From positions 15,438,001 through 15,502,000 of the forward strand of contig JBHGNT010000007.1 of the NCBI GenBank assembly GCA_043228905.1: a DNA stretch of 64,000 bases. The letters are read 5' to 3'. The DNA is from Azolla caroliniana (taxonomy: Eukaryota; Plantae; Polypodiophyta). A model generated the notes under the pieces. The model worked only from the letters and a program-made list of their open reading frames with translations, was not told the origin of the DNA and did no database searches. This document shows, in pieces, positions 10,440-23,353 of this stretch; position 1 is the stretch's first letter, and every line of letters starts with the position of its first letter. The position numbers were made by a program, and so were the translations under genes.

Positions 10440-13301
10440 ATAATCATCCCTTCTTTACACCCTCGATTAACCCTCACACTATCCTTGTGTGTAGAATACA
10501 ACGGTACAACTTATCACGAGATAAATTATGGCCATGCCCATAACATAATCTCTTGAAAACATTCCACCGTTGCAATGAAAGGTTAGGGAAGTTAGTTTTA
10601 ATGGTGTTTTCTCTTTCCCATGTAGCATCTTTTATAGATTTATCCATCCATTTAATTTTAAATTCTCGGATCATTGTTTTAGAATGCAAATGTTTTGTTT
10701 TAACATCAAGAATTTTTTCTTGTACATGTGGTTTAGAAGCTAAATCTTCAGAAGTGACCAGAGTTTCAGTTGTAACAGTATTGTTGCCAGAACCAAGAAT
10801 TTCTTTTAAAGTATTTCCTTGAAGGATCTAGTAAAAGAAGCGAAGGAGCCTTGCACACTTGGCCCTTGAGTTCCTTAAAGGTGAGGAGGTCAAGTGTAGC
10901 ATTCCGTACTATAGGTTTTGTAGACTTACACGTTTGAGCTTTCTGAAGATCAATAAACGACATCATCAATTGGGATTATTTGAATGAGATTTTCGCAAAA
11001 CCCCAACAAAACCAGGGAAGAGTGGGCCAATGCTTCACTTATTTGATGCGAGAAGGATCAATTTCAACTCCTCGTTTGGTTATGAGATATTTGCGATAAG
11101 TAATTGATTTCTTGAAGAACTCGCATTTCGAGATCTTCATGTAGAACGATTTGTCGCGCAATGTTTGTAAAACAAAGCAAACATGTTTACCATGTTCCTC
11201 TAATGTATGACTATAAACTATAATATCATCTAAGAAAATGACGACAAATTTTCCAAGTTGTTCTCAAAAGATGTCATTAATTTCTTGTTGAAATGTGGCC
11301 GGATCATTGGTCAAACCAAAAGGCATGACCAAAAATTCGTAATGTCATAGTGCGTACGAAATGTCATTTTAGGAACATCCTCCTCACATATACAAATTTG
11401 ATGGTAGCCCGTACAAAGATCAAGTTTTGAAAAATATCAAGGTCCTACAGACGATCAGTCAAATCGTTTGCCCAAGGTAATGGATATGAATTCTTGATCG
11501 TCATTTTATTCAAACGTCGGTAATTAATACACATACGCTATCTGCCCTCTTTCTTTTTTACCAAGGCGCACCCCATGACGTATATAACCCATTCGTAAAT
11601 ATTCTTTAAGTTGCTTAGATACCTCGTCCTTTTCGAATCGAATTAATCAATACAGTCATAAGATAAAAGATCTATATGATGATCAATATTACATTTAGGA
11701 GGTAACCCATGAGGTAGTTCACTTAGAAAAACAACGCGAAAATCATTTAAGATTTCATCGAGTAGTTGTTGTTCAAAATAAGATAAATGATCTAGGACAC
11801 TATTGATATTATAAACTTGAATGTCCGAATCAAATACACAATGAAATAAAGAAGAACAACACAACTTAGATATTGATGGAGAGGAAACAATCGAAGGAGA
11901 TTTTTTTTTAATACATTGAATAAAATGAGTACGATCGTTTAGTGTAAAAGTTATTGAATGGTGAACCCAATCAATAGATAAACAAGAGTTTTTTTAAAGA
12001 ACTAGGGATAAACTAATATTACATTAGTGGTACAAAGATTCATTACACGGAAATCTACTTGTTCTATATAAGTATCAATGTAAATTGTCAATGAATGAAT
12101 CACCATGTTGATGTATTGTACTCTTCTATCAACTAAGTGCACATTATAGGTGTGATCACTTATGGTGGGTTAAATCTGAACCAAATGATCATTCACAAAA
12201 TTATGTGAGTTTCCCAAATCAAACATGAACTATACTGGAGATCCATTAATATACTCGTTTGCACATAGTAAATCATTGGGTCCCAATACATAGTGAGGGA
12301 AAGAACATTTACAACTACTTATATGATCTGTATAGACCTCAAGGACATCAAGAATCCGAACTTTATGGTCTGCAACTTTGTTTTTATTGGCGTGCTCTTT
12401 GCATTGGAACCTCTGACATTGCTCTTTTGTATGACCCTTCTTTCTGCAAAACACTCAAAAAGAATTTTGTCACTTGAAATTGCGATCTAGGAACTCATTA
12501 GGTGTCTTGCGTTTCCCAGCGAATTGCGACTGCTTAGTCCGGGCACTTCAGGTTTGTTATGGTCCTTCAAAGTGCATTGATAACGAAGGATAGCGAAGGA
12601 TTTCAGATCCTTATCGTACACTATCTAATGATTGTCTGAATTGGGAATGCCATCGGCAAAACAAACAATTAACCAATTGTCCCCTTCTAGAGCCGATTTT
12701 TGAATTGTCCCCTTCTATTATGGTGACATAATCTTCTAGCGGGGAAAATTTTCGACGGGAGAGGTTCATTAATGCTTGTGTTGCCTCGGTGTGAGATGAA
12801 GGTTGTAGAAATTGACTCTTGAAAACCATAACAAAGTCTATCCAGGTATCTAGGAATTTCCCAATAGCAATGGCCTTGCCCCCTAGTTTTTGACCGACAT
12901 ATGCAATCTTCATATTATCTAGCTTGGGATAGAGCTCAAAATGAGACTCCCATCAGCCAAGCCATCTGCAAATTGCTTCTTTAGTTCTTTCCTTCTTTTC
13001 TCTCGTAAATGGCTTGACGAAAAACGATGGTTCACTTTAACATTCATTTGGTCTATTAGTATTGCAATGCATACTAATGACACGTGCTTCTAGAGCACCA
13101 TGAGATTGCCTAAGTTCGGAAATCTCATTCAAGGTAGAATTTAGGAAATTTTGTATTTGTAAAAAATACGACTCAAATGGGATTGCCCCAAGAGTATTTC
13201 CTTGAATTGCCTCCACTTGGGAGGATGTCATCGAGTAAAGAGTATTATAAGCCATGAAAATATAATGTCTCGCAAAGATATAGGATGGGGTCAGATAAAT
13301 A

Positions 13302-14483
13302 CAGTAACCATTCGGTTAAGTGTGTGTACAATTAAGTGCATCATTCTATTAAGTGCACTTTATATAGGGGTCAAAATCCAGATCAAGAAATTTACATAGC
13401 TTCATGACAGAATTACATCAAACAAAATATTAATTACTTTCAAAAACAAGAAATCATCAATGAAAATAGAAATTATGTTCCAAACATTATTTTGAGCTCT
13501 CCATTCATTAGGAATATCAAAGCACTACGAAAAAATCCCTCACAAATAAGTGCAATGCAATTAGATTCACAAGTAAAATGCACAATAAGTGTGTCCAATT
13601 AGATGCACAAACAAAATTCACTATTAGAAGGTTGATTTCGTATGTTAGAGGATCCAACTGATGCACAACAAGCAAATGCTCTATTAGAAGGTTGATTTCT
13701 TATGTTAGAGGAGCTAATTTCATGTAAAATGCCCAATCATCATAATAAAAAAAATACTATTCTTATGTTAGAGGAGTTAATTTCATATAAAAGCTCAATC
13801 ATCATAAATAAAAATCATGATTTCTTATTTTACTGGACCTAATTTCATGTAAAAAGCTCGATCATCATAAAAAAAAAGATTTCTTATGTTAGAGGAGTCA
13901 ATTTACATAAAAATTTGATGATTTCTACAACCAGCATTGACAAATCAATATTTGAAGAGACAACAATTTATTCAATTTACAATTGCAATGTTTGGAAATT
14001 ACTATTACATTTTGAAATTTATGTTACAAATCAATGCTTTAATAGAAACCTTCTCAAATGTTTATAAAAAGCTCCCCAATTTTCTATTACAAATCAATTT
14101 TTAATCGAAACCTTCACAATGTTTTCCAAATATTGACAAATTTCTGCTATAATTATGCATATTTTCAAAAAACGTGCTTTACACATAGTACATTAGAAAC
14201 CTTCATGCCTGCAACACAATCTAGTAGGGATGTATGCATCAACGTGGTGAATAACAACGTGGGGGGCAACATCGTGGGAGTGAGAACAATAGTAACGTGG
14301 GTTTGATCATAAATTATAATCATATAGTAATTAGAGTGGATGTGGGAGTTGTGTTTTCTAAAAATGTGCAAAGAAAAACATTTTGTGGAAAAAAAAAATC
14401 ATGTAAAAAACCAAGTGTGCGGCTCAGTTAAGTGTGCACTTTTTCGTTGAGATCAAAGTACGCACTTAACCGAATGGTTACTG
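13302..14483. mobile_element. Non-autonomous pogo/Tc1-mariner-like DNA transposon (MITE-like, 1182 bp)
   Basis: 24-bp TIRs CAGTAACCATTCGGTTAAGTG(T/C)GT with 1 mismatch; TA on both sides (13300-13301, 14484-14485); subterminal TTAAGTG repeats; internal ~60-bp tandem array at 13620-13910. No transposase ORF seen. Confidence 0.88.
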
Positions 14484-16429
14484 TAACCATAACATATGTA
14501 AACATATCATGGGCAAACATTAATCGATGGCATGATCTCACGTGAATACCCCTCTAGGCGTATGAGATGAGGTTCAAGATCAGGTAACTATGGTAAAACA
14601 AAGGTGTTTTAAAAACCATTGGGGTGACAAATGAATGTCTTTCCTTGATCTTAGCGACCCCCTAAGGCTCAACCATGTTTGTTCGCGTCATGAATAATCT
14701 ATACACGAAAAAATGTTAACAATTAACTATGTCTCTGTGCTCACCCATGTGGTTTTGGCTCTTTAAGTCCCATTACGAGGACCTCCGAAGTGAAGTCTAA
14801 ACATGTTTTATAGTCATATGTATTAGTAATGTTGTATGGCCTTGGTTATATTTGAACTCGAAACCTCGGGAACAAAGCAATTAAACATGAGCTAAACAAG
14901 TGGCTTGTTCATATTAAATTTTTAATGCTTATGTGTATGAGAGATATGTGAAGGTATGTACCCATATATTTATTTATTTATTTAAAGAAAACATATGTGT
15001 CTAGAATCCTTATTTCCCCCTTATTAAATAGAAAACTATGTTGGTACGTTACTCAACCTCAAGTCTTATCATTACAATGGCATACCATAAGGAGCAACCT
15101 AATTGTCAAGCCAACACTAGCCCTCTTTTTTGTAGTAGGCCCACATGGCCCATCACATGGTTACTTCATTACGAATGCCTTTCGTAATGATGATCTCATG
15201 GTGGCATCGTAATCATGTAATGAGTGCAGAATGTTGGATACATGTTTCATAAGGATGACCCCGCACAAAGTGGGTCAAGCCCTTATGCCCACAACATCAT
15301 TATGGCTATGTTTGTTTCATTGTTACGTATAGAAAAATCAAGGTGACCAAGGGGGATAACAAAAAAAATGTTAAAAATGGATGGTGACTATGCCTTTCCC
15401 AAACAAAAAATGTGAAGATGGCCACCAAGATCCTTACCTTGAAAGGACAACTTCAATATAACAACATCACGTAACAAATTCCTAATATATACACTATATG
15501 TTTATGACAGGTATACAATCACATACGTATACATGTGATCACATATGTATATATAAATGAATCGTTAACAAAACATAAACCAATGAATGATGTAATCGAG
15601 ATGCGTAGAGGCATATAGCTTCTACACACACGCAACATCCAAAAAATAGGAGTAAATGTAATACCCAATCGAGGTATTGACCTCTTACACATATAATACA
15701 GATCACAAACCAAATACATGGCAATTGAGGTATTGACCTTATACACATACATAGCATATGTACGTTTTATACAAACAAAATATGACCACTACAACATGAT
15801 TGAATGATTGAAATATTACATAATGACTTAAACATGATTAAAATTGGAGAAGAAAGAATAGAATAAAAAAAGGAATTACCGAAGTTCCTTTATTGATGCG
15901 TTTCTAGATCAAGCTTGAGAGAACGAACATCAATTGATCACCATCCAAAACAAATCACAACAAAAGAAACATTAGAAAAAAATCGTGGATACCATGTGTT
16001 AGAGCTTATGCCTAATGTAAGCATGAAATAAGGAAATATAAGATAGGTAGATAGAGAAAGAAGGGTGTTGATCCACCCGGCCACCCTCGGTAGAGGGATC
16101 CAGATGGACTTTAGGCTTGATTGGCATCCCATACCACCGCCATAGCATCGAGTCGTACCTAGTACTGGTGCACTCGCTACAAGGGTCTATTCACCACACG
16201 ATCACAATCTTGACGTAGTCAAATGATGTGTAGTTAGGTCTCATATTTATAGCTAGAGCTATGGCCCCCAGGCAAGTTCATACTTGGACCTTATGTGTTG
16301 TCCCAATTCCTAGGATGAAAAGTAGTTCTCCCTTCTTTACACACTTGATTAACCCTCACACTTTATCCTCGTGTGTAGAATGCTACAGCACAACTTACCA
16401 CATGATAAATTATGGCCATGCCCATAACA

Positions 16430-17460
16430 AAAGCTAGAGCTACAAGTGGCAATTTAGAATGTCGACTACTTTTTAAGATCCGTCACCATCCATAATCAAA
16501 GTTATGTATTTTCCATTTTTGTTCAGCCTTAGATGATAGCCATTGAAGAGACTCAATAGAGCAATGATACAAGATATTAGTAGTCACTTGTAAAAAATGG
16601 CATCTGACCCCATAAACACCAATCAATCCATGGTTGCTCTTTTGTCTATAGAGGTAATGAACCTTGCTTTAATGTAATACTTTGTAGTTGTTGCCAAATA
16701 AACCCATAAATTTGCGGGATGTGTAATAATAATCACGATTCAATAAACTCCAAAACTCTTTGAGATTGACCCTCAACTATATCTCCATCTCTTTGACCCC
16801 CAAATGAAACAATCGATTAAACTCACTCTCTAATGAAACTATATGTCAATAATATTAATAAATATGTGTGAAAAACAATGGTGTAATAACTTACTGCTAG
16901 ATCACCATTACATGGGAAGTGGAATAGATATGTTCATCACCAAGAACCAAGATAAACCTCCACAAAGAAAAATAATTTCTATTTGCTTGAATAGACAAAA
17001 TTGCCACATCAATACTCCCTTCGACTTCTGTCTGTACCTTGCAAGGAAAGTAAAAGCATTTCATTCAAAACATGTTTATGTATCCATATATCTAGACAAA
17101 ATAGGGGTTGCCTCTAATCCAATAATACCCTTATGCTCCCAATCATGTCTATACCAAGCACAAATAACAAAATCCCAAAGTTTTATTGCACGATTGTCCA
17201 AATCAATATCAGTGGCATCTTTAACTAAGAAATTAGAGGACCTCAAGGATAATGCCCAAAACAAAAATCAATATTCGTCCTCAATTTATAATATCACCAT
17301 CCTGGTCAATGTATTAACCAATTTTCATATACAACGTATTTCTTCAACAAATATAGAAAAATGTCTAAGTGATTAAAAGAACCCTCACCAATCTACATTG
17401 TTGTGTTGCAAAAATCAAAATAGTCAACATTTGTGGAAAACTCTAAGATACCCCAAATGC
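16430..17460 (-). mobile_element. Decayed L1-type LINE remnants: right half of the copy split by the Gypsy (16430-16800) and a second related 3' end (16850-17460)
   Basis: 16905-17060 resembles 9040-9140 (both end ...PLPM* on the minus strand; NAFTF..YRQKSKGV vs RNALVF..YLRKLKGV). Confidence 0.55.
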
Positions 17461-17949
17461 TCCTACGTTTTTGTTATTTACCTAAATGCCCTTAGTCAAC
17501 CCCAAAGAGAGAGAGCTAGATAGATAGATCATTCTATTTAATTTTCTTTAGAGGTCAAATATGATCTATGCGACCAAAAATATTACATTTCACGTGATAC
17601 ATGTGAAACGGAGTAGCAATTGAGAGTGCACATTGTAGTTGTGAAAGAAATTCGTGCAAAGATTGGGCTTGGTCAAAGATGTGTGGAAAGCATAGTCGAA
17701 TATGATCAAAGGTCGAGCATTGTATCAAAGTGTGATACTCAAACTCTCGAACTTGTTTAGCATAGTGTGCATATTTGACCACTCTCATCACTTGTGCCCC
17801 AACGCCTTGTCTCACATCGCAATACATGTGAGTTGAGTCACATGGAAGCAATGGTTCAAATGGAAAACAATGGGATGGGCTCTAACATATACTGATGTGT
17901 ATGGTTTCCCCGTTCCGCGATGAATATGGTTTTGTAGTTAGGTGCAACA

Positions 17950-20900
17950 TGTTGGGTATGTGAGGAAGAGTGGGAAACACACAAGAAGCTCAAAGAAAGA
18001 AGCACTCACACAAGGAAGGCAATGGCTGGAATAGCTCTCTATTGATGAATGTTCCTAAAAAAAAATAGGAGCTGAAATATATATCCCTAAGTACTAAGTA
18101 CCACCACTTATGAGTGACTCATGTATGTGGTAACATGGGGAAAAAACCTCTAGCCAGCACTAGAGTAAAAAGTGCCCATGTATAGGGAAAATGGTTCACA
18201 TCAAAGCTACTAGAGGAACACGCAAGTGTAACAAACCCCCCTGGAGCGAATGATGTGAACATGTACAAGGAGTGACAGATCAGCCCCCACAAGGCAATAA
18301 GCCTAAAACTTTGCGAAAAGCTTCAAACTTTTCTCGTGGAAGAGCTTTGGTGAATATGTCTGCCACGTTATCTTGTGTAGGCACATATACCAAATCAATA
18401 TCTCCTGCATGAAAGTGCTCTCTCACATAGTGATAATGCACCTCAATGTGTTTGGTCCGTGCATGAAATACAGGATTTCGTGCAACAGCCAATGCACTCT
18501 GACTATCTGTGAGAATACGTGTAGCAACTTCAATCTCCATGCAAAGATCCATCAAAAGGCGTCTTAGCCATATACACTCCACTGTAGCTGTGAAAACTGC
18601 CCTGTACTCAGCTTCACAACTTGATGTCGCCACTGTAGGTTGCTTTTTACTCAACCAAGATATACATGAGTTTCCAAAGAAAAAGCAATTACCACTAGTG
18701 GACACGCGAGTATCATAACAACCAGCCCAATCACTATCTGTAAAAGCATGCAAGCATGGCTGAGTATCTCTGCCATAAAAGAGACCCAAGCTCAAAGTGC
18801 CTCTAAGATATCTGAACACACGTTTCACTGCTTGCCAATGCTTAGTGCCAGGGCTATGCATGAATCGACTCAATTGGGAGACTACATACTGTATATCCGG
18901 CCTTGTATTGCATGCATATATAAGACATCCCACAACTTGTTGATAAAGAGAAGTATCAAACGCATCACTAGAATCCTCAACAGAGAACCTAAATCCTGTC
19001 TCCACATGTGTATAAACCGGCTTGCAATCCTCAAAGTCAAAACGCTGAAGTAGTTTTTCAACATACTTTCCTTGATGCATAAACATTCCCCCCTCAACGG
19101 ATACAAACTGGATGCCAAGATAGTAGCTCAAAAGACCAAGATAAGTGACTTCAAAAGTATGCTGCAAATCAGCCATAAGAAAATCGAGTTTTGCATCACA
19201 TGACCCAGTCAAGAGTATGTCATCAACATAAAGAACGAGCACTAGAAGATCAGCCCCATCTTTGCGTACATAAAGTGTGCTTTCAATCGGACTACATGTG
19301 AAGCCAAGAGAAATCAAGTGCTTATGGATTTTTTCATACCATGCACGCGGAGCTTGCTTGAGACCATACAAGGCCTTATGCAAGCGACAAACCATATGCT
19401 CTTTCTCTTTCGTAGCAAATCCAGGAGGTTGCTTCACATAAACCTATTCTTGCAAATCACCATTTAAAAAGGCTGTTTTTATGTCCAATTGATGCATTTT
19501 CCAACCTCTTTGGGCAGCCAATGCAACCACGGTACGAATGGTAGTCATGCGTGAAGTAGGTGCAAAAGTTTCCTCATAATCAATGCCATATTGTTGGGCA
19601 TATCCTTTGGCAACCAATCTAGCTTTGTAGCGATCAATACTACCATCGGGCTTTCGTTTAATCTTGTAAACCCACCTAGTACCAATCACATTCTTTCCTT
19701 TTGGCAATTCACATAACTCCCAAGTACCATTTTTATGAATGGAATCCATTTCTGATTGCATAGCACTCATCCAATGTGGATCATCACATGCATCTTCAAA
19801 AGTAAGTGGCTCCTCATTACATGCTATTGCAACAATAGAATAATCCACAAAATTACCTGATGCATGGCGAGAGCTTGATCTTGTTTTACCAAGTAAAGGT
19901 GCACTCAATTTGCTATCTTGCAAAGTTTGTTTCAGCCACCTCGGCATAGTTTGTGACCTCTCGATAGCCATACGTTCATTATGTAATACATCTTCAATAT
20001 GTACATCATGCGTGGGCTGAATTTCATGCTCATTTTCAGCCACATTTGGTTGGACATTTCGTGCATTTTCAACACTTATTTGCTGGAAATTTTTATCCCT
20101 TTGAGACTCACTTGGCTGGTCTACATGTCCATGGTCAAGCGCAGCACTTTGGAACAAAGGCATGAGTGTATCAAACACATCTTGTGAGCTAACTGTTGGT
20201 TGTTTTTTGCATTCAAGAAAAGGGAAAGCTGAATTTTCAGCAAATACCACATCTCGACTCACAATAATTGTGTCCGTCAATGGATGATACAAACGATATC
20301 CCTTACTTTCCGCACTATAACCAACAAATATGCATTTCTTTGCCTTGTCATCAAGTTTGTGATGTTGTTGTGATGGCACAAGAGCATATGCCAAACAACC
20401 GAACACACGCATATGACTAACCATAGGTTTATATCCATTCCAAGCCTCATATGGCGTAATGACTCTCAACGCTTTTGTAGGGCAACGATTCAACACATAA
20501 TTTGCACACATAACCGCTTCCATCCAAAACTTGTTAGGAAGATGCTTTCCTTTAACCATACATCGTGCCATCTCTAAGAGTGTTCTATTTTTGCGTTCTG
20601 CAACACCATTTTGTTGAGGTGTATATGGCACCGTACATTGATGTAAAATACCTCTTTCACAAAGAAAAGCATTAAACTCATGTGACATATATTCGCCACC
20701 ACGATCCGTGCGTAGAGTCAAGAGCTTATTTGCGGAAAAATTTTCAGCCATAGCTAAAAATGATTTGAAGCAAGAAAAGACTTCATTCTTTGCTTTCATA
20801 GGATACACCCATGTATGACGAGTAGCATCATCAATGAAGGTAACAAAATATACATGCTTTCCAAAAGATGGAGTCTTTACAGGACCACACACATCACTAT

Positions 20901-22708
20901 GAACAAGTTGTAATTTTCTTGTAGTGTGTGTATGACTATCTTTTGGAGTGTGTGTGTTGGAAAAAACTTGTTGCATGACTATCTTTTGTAGTGTGTCCAC
21001 TGCAAAACATGCATGACTACAGGTTGCATGTGAAGGATGCAAAAAAACTTTTGCATGAAGTAATGTGCTTTGAAGCACCACTATCAAAGAACCAATCCGA
21101 ATCAATCTCACTTACAACCATACATTTAGAGTGCAATGATGCATCATAATGATATGTAACAACACATGCCCAATAATCTTGAGCCATGTTGGCCTCATCA
21201 CTCTTTGCACTTGAAACATTTTCAGAAATGGTCATGCCGGATTCCTTCTTCTTCTCATTGCGCTTAACAAGCTTTCTACATTCTTCAATCGTATGGCCAA
21301 CCTTTCGACAATATTTGCATCTTTTCTTCTTTTGCAAATCACCATCATTAGAGGAATAAGTGAAAGAGGGAGGTTGAGGCTTTGGTTTTGAAGAACCAAA
21401 AGCTGAACCATGCTTGCCTTTTCCTTTTTGTGAGATAGCAAGTGCTTGTGTTCCCTCTATCAAACCACTTCTATTCACTCTAGATTGTTCTTCTTGCAAA
21501 AGAAGAGACACAACCTCATCAAATGCGTACATATCCGTATTCCCTTTTGCAACCAAACGAATAGTAGTAGCAAAGCTTTGAAAAGATTCGGGTAATCCTT
21601 TCAACAACGTAGAGACAAGTGATGTATTCGAAATGATCTCATCAATGTTTGCCAATTGCTCTTTCAAATCTTTAATGCGTGTCACATACACATCTACCGA
21701 CTCATTTTCAGCCATATATACATCCTCAAGTTGCTTTCTCAAATATGCAACACGTGCTTCGTTACGCACGGCATACAACGAAGCAAGAGTGTCCCATGCT
21801 TGTTTGGACGTAGAGCATGACCGAATATGTGGAACTATATGACGCTTCACAGAAAGTGCAATCAATGCATGAGCTTGAGCATCTTTTCCATCCCATCTAA
21901 GTTGCTCTTGTGTTGGTGGAGTAGATGAAGTCACTGTGCTCGAAGATGAACCTGTATCTGTGATAGTAGACTGTGAAGTAGTAGGACCGGCGGGGCGTCG
22001 ATCTACATCTACCACTATGTTCCATAGTTGTTTGGCAACAAGAACGTGTTTCATCATGTAGGACCACATTGGATAGTTTGTCCCATCAAGCTTATCTTCA
22101 GCTTGAAGCATGCCAAACAAATCACCATTGTTTGCCATTTTACCAAAGAACAAGAAAGTGGTAAAATATTACCTCAACAAATCGGAAATGAGTGCTGAAA
22201 ATGCAGCTCACAAACTATCACTCGGATGACGATTTCGACTACACGAACGGCTTCGAAATGGGGGTAAAACAGCAGGGTACCTGCTGGAAATGCGCTCCAA
22301 GTGCTGAAATACACTTCTCTATATTCGGAAGTTGATTTGCACAATGAAAAGTGCGCGCGCGCCGCGACACCGCGATGCGGACAACCGAAGATGGAGAGGA
22401 TGAAGAACTTGGCTCTGATACCACTGTTGGGTATGTGAGGAAGAGTGGGAAACACACAAGAAGCTCAAAGAAAGAAGCACTCACACAAGGAAGGCAATGG
22501 CTGGAATAGCTCTCTATTGATGAATGTTCCTAAAAAAAAATAGGAGCTGAAATATATATCCCTAAGTACTAAGTACCACCACTTATGAGTGACTCATGTA
22601 TGTGGTAACATGGGGAAAAAACCTCTAGCCAGCACTAGAGTAAAAAGTGCCCATGTATAGGGAAAATGGTTCACATCAAAGCTACTAGAGGAACACGCAA
22701 GTGTAACA
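17950..22708 (-). mobile_element. Ty1/Copia LTR retrotransposon with both LTRs, recent insertion, internally defective
   Basis: 284-bp LTRs at 17950-18233 and 22425-22708, identical by eye. Perfect TSD CAACA (17945-17949, 22709-22713). PBS TGGTATCAGAGC at 22412-22423; PPT before 18233. gag-PR 21017-22153, IN-RT 19444-~20946, RT-RNase H 18280-19437. Confidence 0.97.
18280..22153 (-). pseudogene. Copia gag-pol with one in-frame stop (GDLQE*VYVKQPPG at 19444) and a deletion/filler junction at 20947-21030
   Basis: CKYCRKVGHTIEEC knuckle, WFFDSGASKHIT protease, VHSDVCGP / RTDRGGEY / QQNGVAERKNR integrase, LYVDDILL RT and FTDSDWAG RNase H. The pre-integrase LWHxRLGH and CxxC motifs are missing. 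Confidence 0.93.
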
Positions 22709-22717
22709 CAACATATA

Positions 22718-23353
22718 TGATGAGAGAGAGATGATAGAAAAGAGAGATAAATAAGATATATAGATCCAAAACAATAGAGATTTATTGATAATGAATGATT
22801 ATGGTATAAATTAGAGAGAAAGAAGATACATAAACTCAAGTCTACAAGGATAAATTGATCACTAGAAAAACGCACTACATGAATAGGCAAGAAAAACACC
22901 ACAAGAAAGAGACTCTTCCACCTTACTCTTCTCCCTTTATATGAAGTTCTCTTCCACTAGATAAGTTTCCCTTGCTTTCTTTTTTATGCTTTTTTTAGAG
23001 TTTTTCTATCTCCTATTCTTAGCTATGACACAACAATCTTCTAATCGTCATATCTCCCTCATCCGAGCTCCAAATTTAGAGATTTAAAAAGCTACGGATA
23101 GCTCTCTTTACAAGCTTTCCAACCTATATTTGAACATAATATTTGTCTTCTAAACGAATGAGTTATGAGCGTTCGTTTTAGACTGTGTTTTGGTGGGTCG
23201 CTTTTTTCTTCTTTTACTTTTCTCCACATGTCTTGCTTTTTGTTTGACTTATCCTCAAGACCTTGGTTCGTGTTCTTGACCTCCGGATGTGAATGCTCCA
23301 TACCTTATATTCTTGTAGAGTTCAATACCTTGAATTCTAAAATCACTTTCACA
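22718..23353. mobile_element. Solo LTR (636 bp), same family as 9817-10439
   Basis: TG...CTTTCACA termini, perfect TSD ATATA (22713-22717, 23354-23358), colinear with 9817-10439. Confidence 0.88.

Larger units (their letters stand above)
9467..16429 (-). mobile_element. Ty3/Gypsy chromovirus, decayed, RNase H/integrase core deleted
   Basis: 5' LTR 15997-16429 and 3' LTR 9467-10545 (minus TGTTATGGGC...TAACA; visibly diverged). TSD AAAGT (9462-9466) / AAAGC (16430-16434). PBS TGGTATC at 15988-15994. gag ~12230-13255 with knuckle FCRKKGHTKEQC; RT remnants ~10830-11750 (MPFGLTN, FLDDI); chromodomain FKIKWMDKSIKDATWERE at ~10590-10670. Confidence 0.9.

Noticed and set aside
13620-13910. Regularly spaced repeats superficially like a CRISPR array
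   Set aside because: Whole-unit degenerate tandem repeat inside a MITE, with no unique spacers and no cas genes; the context is eukaryotic.
9040-17060. Two related segments ending ...PLPM* that looked like a duplicated unknown gene
   Set aside because: Translation across the Gypsy TSD shows L1 zf-RVT and W..RN..VF motifs, so they are decayed L1 3' ends.
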